Assembly (NCBI GenBank): GCA_963706575.1
Contig: CAVPNL010000006.1
Span: forward strand, 416,001 to 480,000
Direction: 5' to 3'
DNA: 64,000 nt
Origin: an uncultured delta proteobacterium
GTDB lineage: Bacteria > Desulfobacterota > Desulfobacteria > Desulfobacterales > JAHEIW01
Each line of letters begins with the position of its first letter. Positions within the stretch are counted from its first letter, which is position 1. The notes beneath the pieces are model-generated. The model was not told where the DNA came from, searched no databases, and saw only the letters and a program-made list of their open reading frames with translations. The translations under genes and the position numbers were made by a program. Of the stretch, positions 56,871 through 64,000 are shown piece by piece.

Positions 56871-59492
56871 TTAAGCAGTTTTAAGCCTTTCCATGATGGC
56901 AGCTTTTATGTTCTTAACTTGATCCGGCAGGTCCACTTTTTGTCCATTCACATCCCGGACATAGAAAACATCCACGACCTGGTCCGCTTTGGTTGCGATT
57001 TTCGCCACCCAGATATTCAGCTCGCAGCGAAAAATGGCATCGGTGATGCTGAAGAGCAAGCCCGGAAAATCATAGGTGAACACCTCGATGATGGTAAAAA
57101 AGCTGGAACTGGTATTATCCACCGTGACTCGATGAGGCTTTTTGTCCAGCCCGACTTTGGCGTTGCGAAAGGCAGGCACCTTCTTTTTTAGCGCTGCAGT
57201 CAGGCTCAACTCGTCGCAGAGTGCGGCGCTAAGGTTGTCCGCAGTCTGCTGCCATTTTTCGTCTTCCAGGATCGGATCGGGTGGAGGCTTGACCTTAAAA
57301 ATATCCAGAGCGATATTATTGCGCCAGGTAAAAACCTGAACGTCCAGAATATCGATATTGTTTAACGTAAAGACACCGGCAATTTTTGAAATCAGACCGG
57401 GACGATCCTGGGCACAGATGGTAACAGAGCGAGTGTTGGCATCGGCGGCGTGTTCGATTTCCCATATAAATTCGGAATTGTCCGTGGACAGATCGTTGTA
57501 AAGCTTGATATGTCTTTCAATTTCATGGGCCGGCGTATATAAAAGATATCGCGGCGACATCACACCCAGCAGGGCTTCGGTTTTCTTTTTTTCTCCGGGT
57601 TTGCGGGCTGAACGCAGGATCTCCCCCTTTTTTTGCTCCACAACTTCGACCGCCCGGGCGGTGGCCAGTTCCCCCTTTTCCAGCACATTCAACGTTTTGA
57701 GGAAAAAATCTCTCAACAGCGTTGCCGTCCAGTCATTCCAGGCCATCGGCCCGGTTGCGATCGAATCGGCGACGGTCAGCAGATAAAGCATCTTCAGGCG
57801 TTCGATGTCCCTGATCTTGCGGGCACAGGAAATAGCGGTTTCCTCGTCGTGGATATCCCTGCGGGTAGCGGTTTTTATCAACAAAAGATGTTCCTGGACC
57901 AGAAAAATGACTGTTTCGATATCGGCGGGCGCCAGCCCCTTTTGCGTCAGGACGGTTTTGACGATTTCAGCGCCTTTGGTTGAATGATCTTCTTCAGATT
58001 CGCCCTTGCCGATATCGTGCAACAAAGCCGCCCAGAGCAAAAGCTTCTTTCGTCTCAATTTCCGGTAGATTTTTTGGCATAACGGCTCCAGGCTGCTGTC
58101 TTTTGCAGTGCCGAATTTTTTGACGGTTTGCACGGTGCGCAACAGATGCTTATCAACCGGATAAAGATGATACTCATCATACTGGATGCGATTGTGGACG
58201 CTGTCGAATTCAGGGATAAACTTCTCCAGAAAACCCGTGTTCAACATTTCATTGAGGGCATTAAATTTCGGCGCCGGGGCGACTAAAATCCGTTCGAATG
58301 ATTTAACAATCGGCTCGGAAGTCCGGAACGCCTTATCTGCGAAATGGGAAAATTCTTTTACCAGCCTTTTGGCCTCAGCGCTCAGGGGAATTTTCAGGCG
58401 CGCGCTTTCCTCAAATATCTTCATTAACAGCTCCGGTTTTTTTATTATGGATTCCGGCCCGCCGAAATTAAGCATTCCCCATTTGACCACTTCCAGGCCG
58501 TCAACGGCACTTTTTTTCTGTGATTTTCTTTTGCGCTTTCTTATTTTCTCGTAGCCCAGCTCATACAGAAACATCAGGTGCTGCTGCTTTAGCGCCTCCA
58601 TTTGCCCGTGCAACTCTCCCATAAATCTTTCGACCGGCGCCTGTCCGTTAATTTTCTTGTAGTTGAGTGACTGCGCGAGCTTGACCTGGTTTTCAAAATG
58701 CAGCTGATCACATTTGCGGCTGCAGACATGGTGCATCCGGTTGCGCACGCCCCAGATAAAGGCGATGGATCGGTTTAACGTCTGGAACTCTTCATGGGAA
58801 AGCAATCCCAGATATTCAAGATCTCTGAATTGTTTTGCATTAAACGCGATGCGCGCAATCCACAGCATGGTGTGATAATCTCTCAAACCGCCCTGGCCCT
58901 CTTTAAGATTGGGTTCAAGCAAATAGGCCGAATCTCCGAAATGGGCGTGTCGCATTTCATTATTTTCAACTAGCCAGTTGATAATATTGCGGGATTTTTT
59001 AACAACAATTCCTTCCCGCAATTGTTCCAGAAGATTCGCGTAGATCAGGGACCACCCGCAGACAAATCTGGCATCCAGCATTGGGGTCAGCACTTCATAA
59101 TCTTTGGCGCCAAGCGTCAAACACTCCTTCAGCGAACGGGTGGCATAGCCGACTTCCAAACCAATGTCCCACAAGGGATAAATGATTTCCTGGATCAAGT
59201 TTTCGGCTTCCTTTGGAACCTTCTTTTTGAACAGAAACAACATGTCGACATCGGAATGGATGCATTGTTCCTCTCTGCCATAGCCGCCCAGGGCAATAAT
59301 GGCATAGGGGTTTTTACCGATATCCATACGGGGACCCACCATGCTGGTTTCAAATGCCTGGCGGAAATAATCGTCCAGGAGCCGGGCATGCTGCTTTAAA
59401 AAGTCGGGTTCTTTTCCTTTTAGAAAGCGCGCTATTAAGGCTTGTGTTTTCTGCTGCAGCTCTCCGGCTGCTTGTTGGTGGACATTATTCAT
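56871..59492 (-). CDS. glnD: [Protein-PII] uridylyltransferase
   Basis: ALGGYGR...SDVD, EPNLKEG.GGLRD, YH.Y.VD.H, LHDIGKG, and two ACT domains (DRPGL, DFPGLL). Confidence 0.96.
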   Translation of the reverse strand: MNNVHQQAAGELQQKTQALIARFLKGKEPDFLKQHARLLDDYFRQAFETSMVGPRMDIGKNPYAIIALGGYGREEQCIHSDVDMLFLFKKKVPKEAENLIQEIIYPLWDIGLEVGYATRSLKECLTLGAKDYEVLTPMLDARFVCGWSLIYANLLEQLREGIVVKKSRNIINWLVENNEMRHAHFGDSAYLLEPNLKEGQGGLRDYHTMLWIARIAFNAKQFRDLEYLGLLSHEEFQTLNRSIAFIWGVRNRMHHVCSRKCDQLHFENQVKLAQSLNYKKINGQAPVERFMGELHGQMEALKQQHLMFLYELGYEKIRKRKRKSQKKSAVDGLEVVKWGMLNFGGPESIIKKPELLMKIFEESARLKIPLSAEAKRLVKEFSHFADKAFRTSEPIVKSFERILVAPAPKFNALNEMLNTGFLEKFIPEFDSVHNRIQYDEYHLYPVDKHLLRTVQTVKKFGTAKDSSLEPLCQKIYRKLRRKKLLLWAALLHDIGKGESEEDHSTKGAEIVKTVLTQKGLAPADIETVIFLVQEHLLLIKTATRRDIHDEETAISCARKIRDIERLKMLYLLTVADSIATGPMAWNDWTATLLRDFFLKTLNVLEKGELATARAVEVVEQKKGEILRSARKPGEKKKTEALLGVMSPRYLLYTPAHEIERHIKLYNDLSTDNSEFIWEIEHAADANTRSVTICAQDRPGLISKIAGVFTLNNIDILDVQVFTWRNNIALDIFKVKPPPDPILEDEKWQQTADNLSAALCDELSLTAALKKKVPAFRNAKVGLDKKPHRVTVDNTSSSFFTIIEVFTYDFPGLLFSITDAIFRCELNIWVAKIATKADQVVDVFYVRDVNGQKVDLPDQVKNIKAAIMERLKTA

Positions 59493-59536
59493 TTTATGCT
59501 ATGGCTCATTATGGTTAACTGAATCGTTTCTTGTTG

Positions 59537-59552
59537 AGCAACATGTATGCCA
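59537..59552 (-). promoter_or_regulatory. Sigma54 (-24/-12) promoter of the glnD-amtB-glnB-glnA operon
   Basis: TGGCATACATGTTGCT = GG-N10-GC, 45 nt upstream of the glnD ATG. Confidence 0.8.
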
Positions 59553-59629
59553 TCAAGTCCCCATATGAAATAAATGAATAAATACAGATAGATGATAAGT
59601 CTTTAGATAGGGGAGCTGAGTGAGTGGTT

Positions 59630-59678
59630 GTTACAAATTTGGTAGAAATACGGAAAATATATTACAAAATTGTAATAT
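59630..59678. promoter_or_regulatory. Candidate enhancer (UAS) pair for the sigma54 activator
   Basis: Palindrome ATATTACAAAATTGTAATAT (59659-59678) plus weaker GTTACAAATTTGGTA 31 bp away; same motif at 51704-51718. Confidence 0.6.
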
Positions 59679-59803
59679 CAATTTTTTAAAATTGGAGAAT
59701 CAGGGAACGAATACGACGTCAAGATTATCGCAGGCTTTGTCCGGTCCACTGCTTAGGGGCTGGTCCACATCCGCACAGGAGGAGAAGGTGTTGGGGATGC
59801 GGA

Positions 59804-60328
59804 TTAATCACCCAGATCCCTGGCGTTTTCTTCAGCCAATTTCACCTTTTTTTCAGCTTCGATTGCTTTTTCTTCGGCGACCCTGGCCTGTTCCTGGGCG
59901 GCCTTGGCATCGTCGGCCGCCTTTCTCATCTTGTATTGATGGGCGCGCCGCATATATTCGTTTCGATTATGGGTCTCGATATATTTTTCGGCCGCTTTCG
60001 TTAATTCTTCTGCCTTGGTTCTGGCAATTTCCGCTTCTTTTCTGGCCGTTTCGGCCTCGGTTCTGGCCCGCCGGACTTCATCTGATTCCGGTTTGCCGGG
60101 TGCAGCCTCGGCTTCTGAATCCCGGCGCTGTCCTTCCTGCGGTACGGTTTCGTCCGGTTGGGGTTCATATTCTAATATATCTTTGACCCGGGCATTTTTA
60201 GGCGGCGGCTCTGCGGTGATGTGCATATTGCCGTCCTTATCGGTCCAGGTATAGACCTGATCGGCAAAAATCTCAGAATTTACTATACATAATAACAGCA
60301 GGCTTAGTCCCGCTAAAACGATTTTCAT
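59804..60328 (-). CDS. DUF4124-domain exported protein with coiled-coil tail
   Basis: Signal peptide followed by VYTWTDKDGNMHIT..PP. Confidence 0.8.
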   Translation of the reverse strand: MKIVLAGLSLLLLCIVNSEIFADQVYTWTDKDGNMHITAEPPPKNARVKDILEYEPQPDETVPQEGQRRDSEAEAAPGKPESDEVRRARTEAETARKEAEIARTKAEELTKAAEKYIETHNRNEYMRRAHQYKMRKAADDAKAAQEQARVAEEKAIEAEKKVKLAEENARDLGD

Positions 60329-60489
60329 ACTCAAATCCTTGTCTGCCTAGACGATTGGTTTTCAAAGATAATATTTAAATATAACTTGACCATGAATATC
60401 TGTCAATTCTTTGCCCGTAGACAACAAAATCAGACATTTTTCTGATTCAACAAGACAAGGCGCTCAGCTGGCTCAACGGGCTAAACCGG

Positions 60490-63366
60490 TTAACCTAAAA
60501 AAGTATTCCAGATTTTTTCCACCCGGGTTCGCAGGTGGCTGAATTTTTCCTGGGGGGCTTTCGCCGGATTTTCCTGAAGGCTGGCCTGATGGGCCGCTGC
60601 GCGATAAATCAGGTAGGCATGTTTTAAAATGTGAGCCGTATATTCATCAATGGCGCCGGTGGTGATGAGCTCCTGAATCAGGCGGACATTATCGGTCCAT
60701 TTCTGTATTTGGGGATATTCATAAGATTTTAAAAGCACCAGATACTGCACCAGAAATTCGATATCCACCATTCCGCCCGTATCCTGCTTGAGATCAAACA
60801 TGCCCGTCTCGGGTTTTAACAGTTCTTTACGCATGCGGTCACGCATGCCGACCACCTCTTGCTGCAATTTGGTTTTTTTACGCGGACGGGACAAAACATC
60901 TTTGCGGGTGCTTGCGAAGTGGTCGGTTAACAGCGAATCGCCGAGGATGGGCCGTGCCTTTATCAGAGCCTGATGTTCCCAGGTCCAGGCCGAGTTTTGC
61001 TGGTAATCGCGAAATGCTTCCGCATGGCTGACGAGTACCCCGGAACCCCCGCTGGGCCGCAGGCGCATATCGATTTCATACAATCTGCCCGCCCGCGTGT
61101 GGGCCGTCAGGATATGGATGACACGCTGCCCGAGGCGGTTAAAGAATTGCGTGCTGTCGACGGCCTGTTGGCCGCCTTTCGTTTTTTCGCCGGTTCCGGA
61201 ATGCAGAAATACCAGGTCAAGGTCCGAGCCGTAGCCCAGCTCCAGTCCCCCCAGTTTGCCGTAAGCGATGACCGCGAAGCCTTTTTCGCAGGTTTTCCCG
61301 TTGAGCTGACAGGCCGGGGCACCGTGCTTTTTATACAGATGATCATAGGCCATTTGGACGACTTGGGCCAGCAGCGTCTCGGCAATGTCGGACAGATGAT
61401 CGCTAACCCGCATCAGGGGCAGCGCTCCGCTAACATCGGCAGCGGCAACGCGCAGGACGTTGATTTCTTTGAAAACGCACAGCTGCTCTATCTGGTATTC
61501 CAGATCATCAGAAGGGGCCCGGCGCAAGCGCTGGTTTAAATCAAACTTGATCTGCCCGGCCTCAGGCGGCATATAAAGGGTGCGCGGATCGAGAAGCTCA
61601 TCTAAAAGAACCGGATGCTGGGCCAGAAAAGAGGCGATCCAGGGGCTGGCTCCTGCCAGTTGAATCAGATGGGTTAATGCCATCGGATTTTCGAGTAAAA
61701 GCGCAAGATAGCTGATGCGCCCGCCGATGGATTTTATCAGATCGATAATCCGGCCGAGAACCATCTCGGAGCTGTTCCCGCCACCCACTTCTTTGAGAAC
61801 CTGGGGGATTAATTTTTCAAGACGGCGGCGGCCTTTATCACCTAACCGGTTCGATCCAAGGGCATTGCGTAAATAATCCAACAATTGCAATGCCTCCCGG
61901 GGTTGGGTAAAACCGATGCCCACCAGTGTTTCTTCAGCCTGATCGTCGCGGATCACGCCTTGCCAGATACCCTGCAGCTGTTCTTCCAGGTTCGGCTGTT
62001 TGGGTTTAGAATCTTTGGCCTCCAACAGGATTTGAAAATGGCGGTGCACATTGCTGCGATGCCGATCAAGTTGCGAGAAGAATTCGCCTGCATCCGCAAA
62101 CCCCATGGATGCCGCCAGTCGTGCCTGATCCGATTCATTCAAAGGCAAATCATGGGTTTGCTGATCGGCGAATTCCTGCAGCCGGTGTTCGGTATTTCTA
62201 AGAAATACGTAAGCGGCCGTCAGCTCCTCACCCACCTCGGAGGGGATGTGATTGTCACGGACCAGTATCTTTAATACCTTCTGGATGCTGCGTTGTTGAA
62301 GATCGGGCGTCACACCGCCGCGAATCAGCTGAAACATGTGGCCGAAGAACTCGATTTCCCGAATACCTCCCCTTCCCAGCTTGATATTGCGTTTCGTTCC
62401 TTTGCGTTTGACTTCAAGAGAAATCATGCGCTTCATTTCCCTCAAAGAATCATATGCGCCATAATCCAGATATCGCCGATAAATGAAAGGGTTTAAACGT
62501 TTAAGCAAATGATCGCCGGCTTTTTTGTCACCGGCTACGGCTCTGGCCCGAATCAATGCATAGCGCTCCCACTCCCGACCCTGCTGTTCGAAATAGTTTT
62601 CCAGGGCATCAAAATGCATAACCAGCGGTCCATTTTCCCCGTAGGGCCGCAAGCGCATGTCCATACGGAACACAAACCCTTCGGGGGTCGGTTGGCTGAT
62701 AACCTTAATGAGCTGGCGGCCAAGGCGGGTGAAAAAATCATCCGTGCTGATCGATTGGGGGGTTCCGCGTGTATGGCCGGCTTTCGGGTAAGCGAAGATA
62801 AGATCGATATCGGAAGAGAAGTTAAGCTCTTGTGCACCCAGTTTGCCCAGGCCCAGGATGATCAACTGTTGAGATGAGCCATCTGCGGCGATGGGTGCGC
62901 CAAATTTTTCAGATAACCCATCATAAAGAATTAAGGCAGTCTGTTCGAGGCAAGTATCTGCCAGATTGGAGAGGTCAGTGACGGTTTCCGCTAAATTGCT
63001 CCAGGCGGCAAGGTCACGAAACGCAATGCGCGTCATTTCGCGGCGTCGAAAGGTCCGCAGGATTTGGATTAAAGCCGCCTCATCTTTCACATTAATGAGA
63101 ACGGGTTTTAGGATTTCAGAAAAGTGATGCTGAGAATAACTTTCTTGCAGATCTCCACTTTCAATCAGATCGGAGATTAAAGCAGGGTGACGGATGCAGT
63201 TTTCGGCCACAAAGTCGCTAAATGCAAACACACGCTGAAGTACTTGAAGAATTTGCGATTCTTGCGGAAGGCTAATTTTGTGTTGGACACATGATTGTTC
63301 AAACGCCTCCCACTTTTTTTCCAGGTCCTGTACCAGTATGTCGGGGAGGTCGGTTGTCGATTTCAT
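60490..63366 (-). CDS. glnE: Bifunctional glutamine synthetase adenylyltransferase/adenylyl-removing enzyme
   Basis: Two NT domains: LGKLGAQELNFSSDIDL and YGKLGGLELGYGSDLDL; DMRLRP twice; probable start ATG 63366. Confidence 0.95.
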   Translation of the reverse strand: MKSTTDLPDILVQDLEKKWEAFEQSCVQHKISLPQESQILQVLQRVFAFSDFVAENCIRHPALISDLIESGDLQESYSQHHFSEILKPVLINVKDEAALIQILRTFRRREMTRIAFRDLAAWSNLAETVTDLSNLADTCLEQTALILYDGLSEKFGAPIAADGSSQQLIILGLGKLGAQELNFSSDIDLIFAYPKAGHTRGTPQSISTDDFFTRLGRQLIKVISQPTPEGFVFRMDMRLRPYGENGPLVMHFDALENYFEQQGREWERYALIRARAVAGDKKAGDHLLKRLNPFIYRRYLDYGAYDSLREMKRMISLEVKRKGTKRNIKLGRGGIREIEFFGHMFQLIRGGVTPDLQQRSIQKVLKILVRDNHIPSEVGEELTAAYVFLRNTEHRLQEFADQQTHDLPLNESDQARLAASMGFADAGEFFSQLDRHRSNVHRHFQILLEAKDSKPKQPNLEEQLQGIWQGVIRDDQAEETLVGIGFTQPREALQLLDYLRNALGSNRLGDKGRRRLEKLIPQVLKEVGGGNSSEMVLGRIIDLIKSIGGRISYLALLLENPMALTHLIQLAGASPWIASFLAQHPVLLDELLDPRTLYMPPEAGQIKFDLNQRLRRAPSDDLEYQIEQLCVFKEINVLRVAAADVSGALPLMRVSDHLSDIAETLLAQVVQMAYDHLYKKHGAPACQLNGKTCEKGFAVIAYGKLGGLELGYGSDLDLVFLHSGTGEKTKGGQQAVDSTQFFNRLGQRVIHILTAHTRAGRLYEIDMRLRPSGGSGVLVSHAEAFRDYQQNSAWTWEHQALIKARPILGDSLLTDHFASTRKDVLSRPRKKTKLQQEVVGMRDRMRKELLKPETGMFDLKQDTGGMVDIEFLVQYLVLLKSYEYPQIQKWTDNVRLIQELITTGAIDEYTAHILKHAYLIYRAAAHQASLQENPAKAPQEKFSHLRTRVEKIWNTFLG

Positions 63367-63384
63367 ATCAAAAATGTTTAATCT

Positions 63385-63462
63385 AGCGCATAGAGCAGAG
63401 CGCAAAGAACAAGTCAACATCCGCATGTTCAACGCCATGCGCTATGCCCCATGCCCTATGCT
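63385..63462. repeat. Heptamer repeat arms (GCATAGA/TGCGCTA-like); a half copy also lies at 55076-55101
   Basis: agcgcatagagcagagcgcaaag ... cgccatgcgctatgccccatgccctatgc. Confidence 0.65.
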
Positions 63463-64000
63463 ATTTTATGTACCCCCAATCCACCAAGCGGCGATAGGCA
63501 TGCTGGGCGTATTTGCCTTCCTGTACGACCTGCAGATAGCGATTGTATTCATTGGCAGCCGGCTCGATGTGATTCATGCCTTCCTGGCAATAGCCTTTAA
63601 AGAAAGTAATGTTGGGATTCCCGGGCAGCAGCCTATCATAATTGCTGAATTCATCGTAGGCCCCGTCAAAATCTTTCAGCTGGATTTTAGAGTAGCCGCT
63701 GAGGTGATAGGCTTGAGCTTCTTCGGGGTAGGCCTTCTGGGCCATCTCGGCATACTGGCGGCCGACCGCATATTTTTTCTGAGCTAAATTACTGATTGAC
63801 ATCATGCACAGGGCAACATAATCGTCAGGTGCTTTTTTCAAGGCATTGCGAAAATGATTGCCGGCGGCATCGTATTTGCGCGCTGCCATTTGTTCCTCTC
63901 CGTTTTGAATCTCTTCGATGGCCTCTTTTTTGGCTCTCAAGCCGGCGGTCTGGTCCATATAGCGTTCCCGGTAAAGCGGTCCTTTTAAAGCGGACCGATA
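63461..64000 (-). CDS. TPR-repeat protein, C-terminal part (frame open to the window edge; possibly the tail of an M48-family peptidase)
   Basis: Frame open from 64000 (YRSALKGPLYRERYMDQTAGLR...); TPR-like A..F..AL...PD and A.YHLSG patterns. Confidence 0.7.
   Translation of the reverse strand, partial: YRSALKGPLYRERYMDQTAGLRAKKEAIEEIQNGEEQMAARKYDAAGNHFRNALKKAPDDYVALCMMSISNLAQKKYAVGRQYAEMAQKAYPEEAQAYHLSGYSKIQLKDFDGAYDEFSNYDRLLPGNPNITFFKGYCQEGMNHIEPAANEYNRYLQVVQEGKYAQHAYRRLVDWGYIK

Noticed and set aside
63367..63438. N-terminal extension of GlnE in the ORF track (MALNMRML...)
   Set aside because: It is translated from a heptamer repeat element; ATG 63366 is the more plausible start

Overview
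64 kb of chromosome, most likely from a Desulfobacterota (Desulfobacterales-like) anaerobe; this is inferred from gene content such as CooC, an ASKHA/RACo activator, a DUF6178-like protein and a delta-type Zur box. Most of it is housekeeping: recN (partial), an AGPS-like/GlpD-like/FGGY kinase trio, a K+ channel, rdgB, GTP-PEPCK, ampG, a cysteine desulfurase, a cooC-HDAC-acuB-prmA-MBL-cobB-RACo cluster, two acyl-CoA dehydrogenases, ETF-QO, a ZIP transporter, cysS, znuACB-zur, class II nrdJ with tandem NrdR boxes, a porin, a NarL-type two-component set, dinB, and a nitrogen block (NifA-like sigma54 activator, glnA, PII, amtB, glnD, glnE). One accessory island (~14.2-20.1 kb) holds an IS1182 element, two clear integron attC sites with no integrase in the window (CALIN-like), a GC-rich cassette encoding a GMP-synthase ATPPase-only protein, and an AbrB/PIN toxin-antitoxin pair. 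Intergenic DNA is rich in MITE/REP-like elements and inverted arms of 7-9 nt tandem repeats. These include a ~300 bp element present twice whose central ~75 bp is inverted between the copies. Three genes (PEPCK, cobB, NifA-like) carry single-base indels that may be assembly errors. I saw no rRNA, tRNA or CRISPR array. All calls are by eye from motifs; no database searches were run.
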